Notes under the pieces: model-generated
Told to the model about the DNA's origin: nothing
The model's database searches: none
The model's input: only the letters and a program-made list of their open reading frames with translations
Origin: Parachlamydiales bacterium
GTDB lineage: Bacteria > Chlamydiota > Chlamydiia > Chlamydiales > JABDDJ01
DNA: 64,000 nt
Direction: 5' to 3'
Assembly: GCA_041671045.1 (NCBI GenBank)
Contig: JBAZCF010000005.1
Span: 67,027 to 131,026, forward strand
Translations under genes and position numbers: made by a program
Shown: positions 25,496 through 35,574 of the stretch, piece by piece
Position numbering within the stretch: the first letter of the stretch is position 1
Layout: each line of letters starts with the position of its first letter

Positions 25496-26653
25496 TTAGG
25501 AGGGTGGGAGATGGTTTTTAATTAGGAAATTTTTCCAATTTTCATTTGTTCTTAGAAGATCAAAATCAGGGGAGTGCAAAACATCTTTGATATTTGGAAT
25601 GCCATCGCGCATTGCGCATTGGATCCACCCAACAGCAGGTGTAGCTTGGTTCAGGCGAGCATAACATTTAGCGTTGGCCAATGCAGTAGCATACGAAGGA
25701 AGTTCTTGATAGGCTCGATTGCCATACTGAGTGATCAAATCTAGTTCATTGGCGTGTAAGGCACTTTGAATCAATAGAGCAAGGCTTTGTCCATCCAGTT
25801 TATCTGCAAATGGTTTTAATAGGGATAGTGTGGATTGGTAGCGGCCCTGTTTGAAGTAGAGGTTAGAAAGGTTAATGATTGCCGTATCGTGGATTACACC
25901 CTTCTCTGTAGTTATCGTTAAACCCTCCAAAATTTTTTCTGCTCCATGAATATCACCTTCTTTTATTAGGGAGTCGGCAAGGCGTATTTGCTGCTGATAT
26001 GCGGGGTTTTCATCGGTCGGTGTCATTGAACTAGCAGAACGCCAATGGCGATAGCTTTCCATTGTCAGCATGATAAAAATTATTCCCGGAAGCAGTGCTG
26101 AGATGGCGAAGAAGGTTACTCCTGCAACGAGGGCGATGATAGTGCTGAAGAGGAGCGCAATTTTCAACCCTCTTAGCCCGAAAATTCCCTGCATGGAGAT
26201 GACTAATAACTGGCCCCCATCTAAAGGAAAAACAGGCAACAGATTAAGGATGGTCCAGAAGGTGTTAATATAGAATGTTACTGTTAAAGCATAAACTGAG
26301 ATGGCATTTAAATGTGGTCCTAAGTTTTTTAATAGGATGTAAGCTAGCGCGCCCAATAGCGCACCGAATAAGGGACCGTTAAATACGATGATGAATTCTT
26401 GCCATTTGCTTAAGGGTTTGCCGCTTCGTCGGGTAACGCCGCCATACATGACAAGTTCAATGGTAGCTCTCTGTTTAAATGCCACGGCAGTTAAGGCATG
26501 TCCATATTCATGGATTAATATAGATAGGATGATAACTCCGACCCAGATGAAAATTTCAAGCAGACCGGTAGCATTCATCCAGGCTATAAGGGCAGCCAGG
26601 AGCCAGAAAGTAGGTTGGATGTGTACCGGAATTTTTGTAAGGGCTGTGAACAC
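25496..26653 (-). CDS. M50 family (site-2 protease-like) membrane metalloprotease with a C-terminal TPR-like domain.
   Basis: 385 aa. HEYGHAL (HExxH) lies within a TM segment, followed by a later LNLLPVFPLDGG motif. The helical repeat tail contains SNLYFKQGRYQSTLSLLKP. Confidence 0.85.
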   Translation of the reverse strand: MFTALTKIPVHIQPTFWLLAALIAWMNATGLLEIFIWVGVIILSILIHEYGHALTAVAFKQRATIELVMYGGVTRRSGKPLSKWQEFIIVFNGPLFGALLGALAYILLKNLGPHLNAISVYALTVTFYINTFWTILNLLPVFPLDGGQLLVISMQGIFGLRGLKIALLFSTIIALVAGVTFFAISALLPGIIFIMLTMESYRHWRSASSMTPTDENPAYQQQIRLADSLIKEGDIHGAEKILEGLTITTEKGVIHDTAIINLSNLYFKQGRYQSTLSLLKPFADKLDGQSLALLIQSALHANELDLITQYGNRAYQELPSYATALANAKCYARLNQATPAVGWIQCAMRDGIPNIKDVLHSPDFDLLRTNENWKNFLIKNHLPPS

Positions 26654-26661
26654 GCGCTAAC

Positions 26662-27549
26662 TCATATTTTAACAAAATTATTTAAGGCCATTTGCATTGT
26701 GGATCCCATTTCGGCGGGTGTAGGGGCTAATATTGCTCCGGCTGATTTAAGTGCCTTCACTTTTTCTTCAGCAGTGCCTTTCCCCCCGGAGATGATAGCG
26801 CCGGCATGTCCCATGCGTCTTCCTGGAGGTGCCGTTGCCCCGGCAATAAATGCAGCTACAGGTTTACTGCAATGCCGCTTCATCCATTCAGCAGCTTGTT
26901 CTTCTGCATCACCGCCAATTTCACCAATCATCAATATTCCGTGTGTATCGGGATCTTTTTCGAACAGTTCTAGGATATCGATAAAGTTTGTTCCGTTCAA
27001 TGGGTCTCCACCAATTCCTACGCAGGTAGATTGTCCGAGGCTTAATTGGGTTGTCTGCCAGACAGCTTCATAGGTGAGTGTTCCGGACCGGGAAACAATT
27101 CCGATATTACCGGGTTTATGGATATATCCTGGCATAATGCCAATTTTGCATTGTCCCGGTGTGATGACACCGGGGCAGTTGGGTCCGATAAGACGGCTTG
27201 TTTTACTGTGGCGCATGACTTGGGCTACTTCTATCATATCTTTGACCGGGATTCCTTCAGTAATGCAAATAATGAGGGGAATACGCGCTTCTTCTGCTTC
27301 TAATATAGCTTCTGCGGCATAAGGAGCAGGAACAAAGATGATGGATGCATCGCAATCTGTTTCAAGTTTTGCTTCCAGTACAGTATCAAAAACGGGCAAT
27401 CCAAGAATCTCCTGCCCCCCTTTACCGGGAGTGACGCCTCCGACAAAGTGACTGCCATAGGCGATGCATTGTTCTGTATGGAATTTCCCCGCTTTCCCTG
27501 TGATGCCTTGGGTGATGACGCGGGTATTTTTATTGACGAGTATTGCCAT
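26662..27549 (-). CDS. sucD: Succinyl-CoA synthetase alpha subunit.
   Basis: 295 aa. [19 protein letters not shown] and GHAGAI (phosphohistidine loop). Confidence 0.97.
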   Translation of the reverse strand: MAILVNKNTRVITQGITGKAGKFHTEQCIAYGSHFVGGVTPGKGGQEILGLPVFDTVLEAKLETDCDASIIFVPAPYAAEAILEAEEARIPLIICITEGIPVKDMIEVAQVMRHSKTSRLIGPNCPGVITPGQCKIGIMPGYIHKPGNIGIVSRSGTLTYEAVWQTTQLSLGQSTCVGIGGDPLNGTNFIDILELFEKDPDTHGILMIGEIGGDAEEQAAEWMKRHCSKPVAAFIAGATAPPGRRMGHAGAIISGGKGTAEEKVKALKSAGAILAPTPAEMGSTMQMALNNFVKI

Positions 27550-27558
27550 GTCTTTTTC

Positions 27559-28725
<1,167 letters not shown>

Positions 28726-28817
28726 AAAGCGGCCCTTTTAGGGAAAGCATACTATTTGCTATTGTATTGCATACGTTAACGGTGAAGCTCATTTGCATCA
28801 AGGGACTAAGAGGTGTC

Positions 28818-29747
28818 ATGATTTTTAATGCTTTAAAAGCGGGCTATGCCCGAGTAGCTAGTGCTTTTTCCAGAACAGGGTCGCTGTTAGGAAGCACGAT
28901 TCTTTCACTTTTCAAAGGGAAAGTGGATGAAGATACAATAGATAAGTTAGAGCAAATATTTTATGAGGCAGACCTAGGAGCTTCTCTAGCAAGTGATTTG
29001 GCTGAAAAGGTCAGGCTTGCCTTGAAGAAGCAGCCGGATTTATCGGCGGAACAGATATTGGATTTGATCCGGTCCGATCTATCGGATGAGCTGAAATCTT
29101 CCCAGAGCGAACTTCGCTTTGCAGCTCCCGGAACAGGTCCTACTGTCATTGCGATTGTCGGGGTAAATGGTAATGGAAAAACGACCAGCATAGCTAAAAT
29201 TGCAAAGAAGCTTAAAGACGAGGGTAAATCTGTCCTTATTGCAGCAGGCGATACCTTCAGAGCTGCTGCTATCGACCAATTAGAAATATGGGCCCAAAGA
29301 TTGGATGTCCCCCTTGTAAAAGGACAGCCTAATAGTGACCCGGCTGCAGTAGTTTTTGATGCTTTAACAGCAGCTAAATCTAGGGAAATTGATATTGTTC
29401 TCATTGATACAGCCGGCAGATTACAGACCAAGATCCCCCTAATGCAGGAATTAGAAAAACTGCGCCGGATCTGTAAAAAAGTTTGTCCCGATGCTCCGCA
29501 TGAAACTCTATTAGTTATTGATGCTAACCAAGGGCAGAATGGAGTAGACCAAGCGTTATCATTTCATAAATTCATCCCTCTGACCGGTTTGATTGTCACC
29601 AAGCTAGATGGTAAAGCGAAGGGGGGGATCGTCATTCAAATTCAACGGACGTTAGGTATTCCCGTGAAATTTATCGGAGTGGGCGAGAGTGCTGAAGATC
29701 TACAGCCTTTTAATGCTGAGGCATATTGTCAGGCGATGCTGCAGTAG
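28818..29747 (+). CDS. ftsY: Signal recognition particle receptor FtsY.
   Basis: SRP GTPase motifs GVNGNGKTTS, DTAGRL and TKLDG. I prefer the ATG at 28818 (AAGAGG upstream) over the track's TTG at 28767. Confidence 0.93.
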   Translation: MIFNALKAGYARVASAFSRTGSLLGSTILSLFKGKVDEDTIDKLEQIFYEADLGASLASDLAEKVRLALKKQPDLSAEQILDLIRSDLSDELKSSQSELRFAAPGTGPTVIAIVGVNGNGKTTSIAKIAKKLKDEGKSVLIAAGDTFRAAAIDQLEIWAQRLDVPLVKGQPNSDPAAVVFDALTAAKSREIDIVLIDTAGRLQTKIPLMQELEKLRRICKKVCPDAPHETLLVIDANQGQNGVDQALSFHKFIPLTGLIVTKLDGKAKGGIVIQIQRTLGIPVKFIGVGESAEDLQPFNAEAYCQAMLQ

Positions 29748-29758
29748 GTAATTCCTTC

Positions 29759-29788
29759 ACGGCAAATCTTGCCGTTTTCACGTTTTTT
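29759..29788 (+). terminator. Rho-independent terminator of ftsY.
   Basis: ACGGCAA-atc-TTGCCGT stem-loop followed by TTTCACGTTTTTT. Confidence 0.65.
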
Positions 29789-29908
29789 GCATCCCTTTTG
29801 TCCATTCTCCTAGGGCAATATTGGCATGCCGTTTGCAACTATAAGGATGGGTTGAATAATAGAAAGCTTTAAGGTGAAGCTTTCAAAGACCCATTTTAGG
29901 AGGTTGCC

Positions 29909-30121
29909 ATGTCTTGGATTACACGCATAGGATTAATATTTATATTGGCAATTGTTCCCATGGTAGGTTCTTTGAATGCTGCCCAAATCCAAAATACGGC
30001 TAATTCTTCTGCTAAAACAGGTGAAGACGTCGCTTGGTGGAGATATTGGGGCGGCCCCCGCCACGGTGGGTACTATTATCATGGACCATATTACCACTAC
30101 CGTCATTACTATTACTGGTAA
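29909..30121 (+). CDS. Small secreted Tyr/Trp/His-rich protein (70 aa).
   Basis: Perfect AGGAGG SD with a 5-nt spacer. Signal peptide MSWITRIGLIFILAIVPMVGSLNA. C-terminal WWRYWGGPRHGGYYYHGPYYHYRHYYYW has 10 Tyr in the last 28 residues. Confidence 0.7.
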   Translation: MSWITRIGLIFILAIVPMVGSLNAAQIQNTANSSAKTGEDVAWWRYWGGPRHGGYYYHGPYYHYRHYYYW

Positions 30122-30182
30122 GAAGGTAGTCCTGCGCGAGAATGCCGGAAGGCAGCAATTAAATGTTATCTAGGAGGTCATT

Positions 30183-30506
30183 ATGAAGCTCGGAAACATT
30201 AACAAGCTGTTAGTTGGACTATTAGCGTTAGGCTTATTCTGGATAGCTGAGCCAATGAAGGCTAGTGTTTCCTCTTCTACCGGGGATAAAGAGTTAGTAG
30301 CTGATGGATGGAGAGGCGGCCACAGAAGCTACAGGTCTTGGAACAATAACTATAACGGCGGTGGCTTTTATTATAGACCATATTATTACAATAGTGGTTA
30401 CTATAATAATTACTATACTCCATATAATAGTTATTATTCTCCATACTATTATAACTCGTATCCCTACGGTGGATCAGGAGGCTTATACTTCGGAATTGGT
30501 TTATAG
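30183..30506 (+). CDS. Small secreted Tyr/Gly/Asn-rich protein (107 aa).
   Basis: Perfect AGGAGG SD with a 5-nt spacer. Signal peptide MKLGNINKLLVGLLALGLFWIAEPMKA. The tail ..FYYRPYYYNSGYYNNYYTPYNSYYSPYYYNSYPYGGSGGLYFGIGL has 20 Tyr in the last ~66 residues. Confidence 0.7.
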   Translation: MKLGNINKLLVGLLALGLFWIAEPMKASVSSSTGDKELVADGWRGGHRSYRSWNNNYNGGGFYYRPYYYNSGYYNNYYTPYNSYYSPYYYNSYPYGGSGGLYFGIGL

Positions 30507-30516
30507 TAAGTAAGGA

Positions 30517-30632
30517 CGGCTCTCCCTTTTAAATGTCCACAAAGTTGTGGTTTCGTCCCTAAGAGGGTGGTAAATCCACCGATTTCAGTTCATTTGAACT
30601 AAGGACGAAGGGGAGAGCCGCCCCTTTTTTTT
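30517..30632 (+). ncRNA. Candidate structured RNA element / complex intrinsic terminator. A 14-bp closing helix encloses several hairpins and is followed by C4U8.
   Basis: CGGCTCTCCCTTTT (30517-30530) pairs with GAAGGGGAGAGCCG (30607-30620), including G-U pairs. Internal hairpins lie at 30537-30550, 30566-30580 and 30587-30600. CGTCC (30554-58) pairs with GGACG (30603-07). The T8 run is at 30625-30632. Folded by eye only. Confidence 0.4.
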
Positions 30633-30650
30633 GAAAATTATCTGTGGGTT

Positions 30651-31913
30651 TTATCCCCCAATGTCAATACCAAATACCCCTAAATTAATCATGATTTGGA
30701 TTGCAACTTCGAATGCAACAAATGCACCCAGTAAAATCAATATCATTTTACCACCGGGCAATTGGTTCTGTTCATTGAGCTGCATATGATACCTTCCTCT
30801 CCAAACCATTATTACAGGTAGAAGCCCGAGTAATAATGAACAACCGTATCCCCCGGCTAAATCCAACGCTTCCAGGAACAGATTGGATTTCCAAAGAGAG
30901 ATTAGGAAAGGCGGAAGGAAGACGAGCAAGCTGAGAATCCATTTGCCAGAACCTGATTTTTTTATTTTAAGACCGTCTGAAAGGAAATCAACAAGTCCTA
31001 ATGTCACTCCAAAAAATGAAGTCAATAAAGCGATAAAGGCAAATAAACCACTGACTAGGATAAGCCAAGGATTTTGAATGAAATACTTTAAAGGTTGGAC
31101 AGCGTTTTCGCCTTCATTTAAGGCATTCAAAAGTCCTTCATTTCCGAATGTGGGTACTATACCCAAAATGACGGTCTGCCAGATGATGTAGGTGACTAAA
31201 GGAATAAAGCTACCGATAATAATGGCTAAACGTATACGTCTTACGTCGTAATTCAGGTAATTTACTAATGTAGGCACTGTTCCTTGGTATGCGAATGCTG
31301 TAAATGAAACCGGGAGTGATAGGAGGGAAAGATTCCAATCTCTACGTACAAGGTGTTCAAAATTGATGTGGGGAATTCCCATGAAAATTATGCTGAAAAA
31401 AAGCGTGATCATTATCCCGACGAGGACTCCATTAACGGCGCTAACTAAACGGGTACCCATGATGACCAGGGTTCCAAAAATCCCAATAAATAGAGCAGTA
31501 CCGATATAAGCATGTCCTTGTATGCCTAAAATTTCTCTAATATAATCCCCGCAGCCTACGATATAAGCCAATGATAAGCAGTAGAAAAGAAAAATGTATA
31601 ATAGCCATGCAAAGGCCTTTCCCCATTTTCCGAGGGTCGATTCTGCCATAGAAACAATATTAGCATCCCTATGCAGCCATAGAGAGACTTCGAGAAATAG
31701 CAAACCTGTAGCAGTCATAAATAGCCAGCAGAGGGTATAGATGACAAGGGAAGGCAAAAAGCCCCCTAAACAGGTTAATACGGGCAGGGCCAGCATACCG
31801 CCACCGATGGTGGTACCGGCGATAAGCAAAGTCCCACCTAAAAGGGATCCATGTTTTTCCATAAAATTCTTATAAGATATTGGGTTTGGGCGGCTTAGAC
31901 TTGAAGCAAGCAT
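30651..31913 (-). CDS. tyrP: Aromatic amino acid (tyrosine/tryptophan-type) permease, HAAAP family.
   Basis: N-terminal GGTLLIAGTTIGGGMLALPV signature and ~11 TM segments. The ATG at 31913 gives ~420 aa. The track's TTG at 32051 adds a non-conserved-looking 46-aa extension. Confidence 0.8.
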   Translation of the reverse strand: MLASSLSRPNPISYKNFMEKHGSLLGGTLLIAGTTIGGGMLALPVLTCLGGFLPSLVIYTLCWLFMTATGLLFLEVSLWLHRDANIVSMAESTLGKWGKAFAWLLYIFLFYCLSLAYIVGCGDYIREILGIQGHAYIGTALFIGIFGTLVIMGTRLVSAVNGVLVGIMITLFFSIIFMGIPHINFEHLVRRDWNLSLLSLPVSFTAFAYQGTVPTLVNYLNYDVRRIRLAIIIGSFIPLVTYIIWQTVILGIVPTFGNEGLLNALNEGENAVQPLKYFIQNPWLILVSGLFAFIALLTSFFGVTLGLVDFLSDGLKIKKSGSGKWILSLLVFLPPFLISLWKSNLFLEALDLAGGYGCSLLLGLLPVIMVWRGRYHMQLNEQNQLPGGKMILILLGAFVAFEVAIQIMINLGVFGIDIGG

Positions 31914-32077
31914 TAGACTTCTTTCGAAAATCCATTTGATTGTTAAAATTGCCATTTTTAGCATCTTTATCGGCAAATTTTTCGACCATATGATTACATA
32001 TTCTCTTAAAATTTGACGAAAAATCTGCTCAAAAATCGTCAATTTTCTCAATCAAAGCGAGTTTCGAAAGAAGTCTA
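31914..32077 (-). promoter_or_regulatory. Putative tyrP 5' leader with a 16-bp perfect long-range inverted repeat that would sequester the SD.
   Basis: TAGACTTCTTTCGAAA (31914-31929) is the exact reverse complement of 32062-32077. On the mRNA the downstream arm UUUCGAAAGAAGUCUA abuts the AUG at 31913 and contains the GAAAGAAG SD-like sequence. Confidence 0.45.
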
Positions 32078-32173
32078 TTGGATAACCGGCTAATGTATTT
32101 GCCACGCATCCACTGCTTTTGCTTTATGTTCATTTCCGCAACAAAAAGATTTTGCAGAAATTAGTATTCTAAT

Positions 32174-33202
32174 TCAATAACTATTCTGATCAATACGGAC
32201 TTTGCCATTGAAAATCCAATAGATCATAAAAGTATAAGAAAGAACGAGTGGAATACCTATAAAGGCAATGATTAAGAGGATCTTCAGGGTTAAATCAGAG
32301 GACGCGGCGTTATAAATAGTAAGGCTGTACTCAGGATTATTGATTGCCCGCACCATTTGTGGGAAAGATCCGATGCCATAAAGAATCATTAGAAAAATGA
32401 TATTCGCGCAGGAAGAGGCAAAAGCCCGATGGTCCCGGTTCTTATGGATTTCCCTGGGGATGTTAGCAATAGCTAGCATGTTTAATACCCCAATAATGAA
32501 AAAGAAGGGGCGCTCACGGAAAGCTTCTACCATATGTGGCTGGTAGATAAGGGTTGCCATAGTACAGGTGGCGTATAATATGATGTAGTTGATGATCAGT
32601 GGATTAATCCATGACCGGATTTTATCGTGCAGTTCGCCTTCTGTCTTCATCAACACATAGATCGCCCCATGCATTGCAACTAAGGAAACTGTTAGAAAGC
32701 TGACCAATATTGCATAAGGGTTAAGCAAGGAGAGAAAATCGCCTATGAACTCTTTTTCGTCATTCAGAGGAATGCCGCGGACGAGGTTGCCTAGAACAAT
32801 ACCAAGCCCAAAGGTAATGATAAAGCTTGCAACGGAAAAAAGAACGTCCCAGGTCCATCTCCACCAAGCTTGGGGTTGTTTGCTGCGAAATTCAATCGCT
32901 ACAGCCCTGAATATTATCCCTGTCAGCAATATCATGACGGGAATATAAAAAGCAGAACAGAGAGTTGCGTAAGCATCCGGAAAACCGGCAAAAAGCGCAC
33001 CGCCGGCTGTGACAAGCCAAACTTCGTTTCCATCCCATACAGGTCCTATGGAGTTCAACATGATCCGGCGTTCATCATCCTTTTTAGAAAAAAGATGGAC
33101 AATTCCTACGCCTAAGTCAAAGCCGTCCAGTATTGCGTAGCCTGTGATAAGGATAACAAAAATTATAAACCAAATTAGGTTAAGGCTGGGCAGGTTTTCC
33201 AT
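32174..33202 (-). CDS. cydB: Cytochrome bd ubiquinol oxidase subunit II.
   Basis: Begins [31 protein letters not shown], a typical CydB N-terminus. The ATG at 33202 is preferred over the track start at 33295 and overlaps the cydA 3' end by 23 nt. Confidence 0.9.
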   Translation of the reverse strand: MENLPSLNLIWFIIFVILITGYAILDGFDLGVGIVHLFSKKDDERRIMLNSIGPVWDGNEVWLVTAGGALFAGFPDAYATLCSAFYIPVMILLTGIIFRAVAIEFRSKQPQAWWRWTWDVLFSVASFIITFGLGIVLGNLVRGIPLNDEKEFIGDFLSLLNPYAILVSFLTVSLVAMHGAIYVLMKTEGELHDKIRSWINPLIINYIILYATCTMATLIYQPHMVEAFRERPFFFIIGVLNMLAIANIPREIHKNRDHRAFASSCANIIFLMILYGIGSFPQMVRAINNPEYSLTIYNAASSDLTLKILLIIAFIGIPLVLSYTFMIYWIFNGKVRIDQNSY

Positions 33203-34583
33203 GAGCGTCCTTTGAGGGTGTCTTGAAGGGTGTGGAAAGTTGGTGGTAAAGATTGGCGGTATCGAAGTTTTCCGGTCCGTGCTGGATCTTTTCATTCAGA
33301 AGATAGATAAAGAGGATGAACAAAAAGGTGTAGACAACTCCGAATAGAATGATGGATCCTAAAACGTGTTCTGCTGCAACAGCTTTAGAAAGACCCTCAG
33401 AGATGCGAAGATGTCCATAGACAAGCCAAGGGTAGCGGCCCGTCTCTGCGCAGAACCATCCCATTTGGTTGCCTATCTGAGGGAAAAGGACGGAGAAGGC
33501 AAGTAAACGCAAAAGCCACGGTGTTGTGGTTAACTTTCCACGCCACCAATAGACAATACTTAAAAGGCAGCATAGGAACATAGCCCCCCACATAGCTAAC
33601 ATGAGGTGGTAGCTATAGAAGGTGAAGTACACATTGGGCCAATCTTTTTTCGGAAATTCATTTAGACCTTTGATCTCTGCGTCGGGGTTATCAAAAGCTA
33701 AGTAGCTCAATAATTTGGGAATGGCGATCTGATAGTCGACCCGTTCTTCGGCTGTGTTTGGAATACCGAATAATGAAAGGGGGGCTCCTTTTTCAGTGTG
33801 GTATATTCCTTCTAGAGCTGCGAGTTTTGCCGGTTGATTGACTGCAACGCCTTTAGCTGAACTATGTCCGCTGACAGTTTGCAATAGGACTGCAACTGTG
33901 GCTAATCCCAAGCCCACTTTCATGGATATTTTGGCAAAATCAATGAATTTCCTTTTCAAGAGATAGTAGGCGCTGACGCTTATGACAAGAAAAGCCCCGG
34001 CCAGCCATGCTCCGATAACAGTATGGGCTAATCTGTCCATAGAGGAGGGGTTGAATACCATCGCCCAGAAATCTGTTATCTCAGCCCTAGCTGTCATTCC
34101 TTCTCCCACAATATGATAACCGGCGGGAGTTTGCATCCAGGAGTTTGCCACGACGATCCAGATAGCACTGAAATGAGCTCCTAAACATACCATCAGGGTA
34201 GAAAAGAAATGCAGTTTAGGGCTTATCCTGTTCCAGCCAAAAAGAAGCAGTGCGAGGAAGCCGGATTCAAGAAAAAAGGCAAAAACCCCTTCAGCAGCGA
34301 GGGCACTGCCGAAGACGTCGCCGACATAACGCGAGTAGGTAGCCCAATTAGTGCCGAATTCGAATTCCATCACGATACCGGTGGCGACGCCGATAGCGAA
34401 TGTCAAGGCAAAGATTTTAGTCCAAAACTGTGCCGCTGATTTATAGAGAGGGTTTCCTGTTTTTATGTAGGCCCCTTCGATAAACACCATCACTAGTCCC
34501 AATCCAATACTCAAGGGAGGGTATATGTAATGAAACATGATAGTTAGAGCAAACTGAATTCGGGCTAAGATCTCTACGTCCAT
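33180..34583 (-). CDS. cydA: Cytochrome bd ubiquinol oxidase subunit I.
   Basis: [28 protein letters not shown] is a typical CydA N-terminus, and a Q-loop region is present. The ATG at 34583 is preferred over the track start at 34640. Confidence 0.92.
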   Translation of the reverse strand: MDVEILARIQFALTIMFHYIYPPLSIGLGLVMVFIEGAYIKTGNPLYKSAAQFWTKIFALTFAIGVATGIVMEFEFGTNWATYSRYVGDVFGSALAAEGVFAFFLESGFLALLLFGWNRISPKLHFFSTLMVCLGAHFSAIWIVVANSWMQTPAGYHIVGEGMTARAEITDFWAMVFNPSSMDRLAHTVIGAWLAGAFLVISVSAYYLLKRKFIDFAKISMKVGLGLATVAVLLQTVSGHSSAKGVAVNQPAKLAALEGIYHTEKGAPLSLFGIPNTAEERVDYQIAIPKLLSYLAFDNPDAEIKGLNEFPKKDWPNVYFTFYSYHLMLAMWGAMFLCCLLSIVYWWRGKLTTTPWLLRLLAFSVLFPQIGNQMGWFCAETGRYPWLVYGHLRISEGLSKAVAAEHVLGSIILFGVVYTFLFILFIYLLNEKIQHGPENFDTANLYHQLSTPFKTPSKDAHGKPAQP

Positions 34584-34735
34584 AATATTTTTTTCCAAAT
34601 GATATAGCACCAGGCTAAGCAATCTTTTGATAAAGAACAAATAATTTTACAAAAAATAATTATGAGGTTGCTACATCACAAGTGCAGAAATACTCTCCAA
34701 AATATAAAGTCCACGTGTTATCATCTTCCCAAAAT

Positions 34736-35560
34736 ATGAGTGGAATTATGCATACAAAGCTTATGGGTATTTTGAACGCCACTCCTGATTCAAGTTTAGA
34801 CAAGGGAAAGCATTTCAGTTTTGAAAAGGCGATACAACGCGCTCATGAAATCTATCAGCAAGGTGCAGACATTATTGATATAGGCGGAGAATCCACCCGC
34901 CCCGGCGCAGCACCTGTTAGCCTAGAAGAAGAAATTCAACGTGTCATACCTCTAATCAAGGAGGTGCGACAGTCCATTCCTCTTCCAATCTCGATAGATA
35001 CAATAAAATGGCAAGTTGCAGCGGCGGCTGTTAATGCGGGCGCAACATTTATCAATGACGTCAGTGGATTTAGGGATCCGGAAATGCGGCGTGTAGGGGT
35101 AGAATCGGAAGCAACATTATTTGTAATGCATATGCAGGGTGAGCCGCGGACAATGCAAAAAGATCCTTCCTATTCTCAAGGAGTGATAAAGGAAATTTCG
35201 ACATGGCTGATGGAAAGAGTGGGCGAACTTCTGGAACAGGGGGCGCACAAGGACAAAATCTATTTAGACCCTGGGATTGGCTTTGGAAAAACTGTTGCTC
35301 ATAATTTAGAAATTGTACACAATTTTGCCGAACTAAAAAAGCTGGGATTTCCTTTGCTCTTAGGTTTATCGCGTAAGTCTTTTATGGGAAAAATTAATAA
35401 TAAATCATATGAAGAACTTCTTCCCGAGAGCTTAGCAATGCATACTATTGCATGTATGAATGGTATAGACATTCTACGAGTTCACGATGTAAAAGAAAGT
35501 CGCGACATTATTAATTTGTTAAAAGCGTATAGCGAACACATCCCTGAAAAACGGGCATAA
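34736..35560 (+). CDS. folP: Dihydropteroate synthase.
   Basis: LMGILNATPDSS, DIIDIGGESTRPGA, INDVSG, DPGIGFGK. The start could be 34736 or 34748. The track's GTG at 34682 is unlikely. Confidence 0.92.
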   Translation: MSGIMHTKLMGILNATPDSSLDKGKHFSFEKAIQRAHEIYQQGADIIDIGGESTRPGAAPVSLEEEIQRVIPLIKEVRQSIPLPISIDTIKWQVAAAAVNAGATFINDVSGFRDPEMRRVGVESEATLFVMHMQGEPRTMQKDPSYSQGVIKEISTWLMERVGELLEQGAHKDKIYLDPGIGFGKTVAHNLEIVHNFAELKKLGFPLLLGLSRKSFMGKINNKSYEELLPESLAMHTIACMNGIDILRVHDVKESRDIINLLKAYSEHIPEKRA

Positions 35561-35574
35561 ATCGAGGTGCAGGA

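Noticed and set aside
29976-30513. ORFs 29976..30173 and 30304..30513, Ile/Thr-rich, overlapping the Tyr-rich genes in another frame.
   Set aside because: They are frame-shifted readings of TAT/TAC-rich DNA (ATT/ACT codons). They have no SD or signal peptide, whereas the Tyr-rich frames have perfect SDs and signal peptides.
31914-32051. A 46-codon N-terminal extension of tyrP from a TTG start. Similar upstream extensions occur for cydB (to 33295), cydA (to 34640), ftsY (28767) and folP (34682).
   Set aside because: The extensions are non-conserved-looking or overlap upstream genes. Internal ATG codons reproduce the canonical family N-termini ([11 protein letters not shown].., [11 protein letters not shown].., MIFNALK.., MSGIMHTKLMGILN..). 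The true starts remain unverified.
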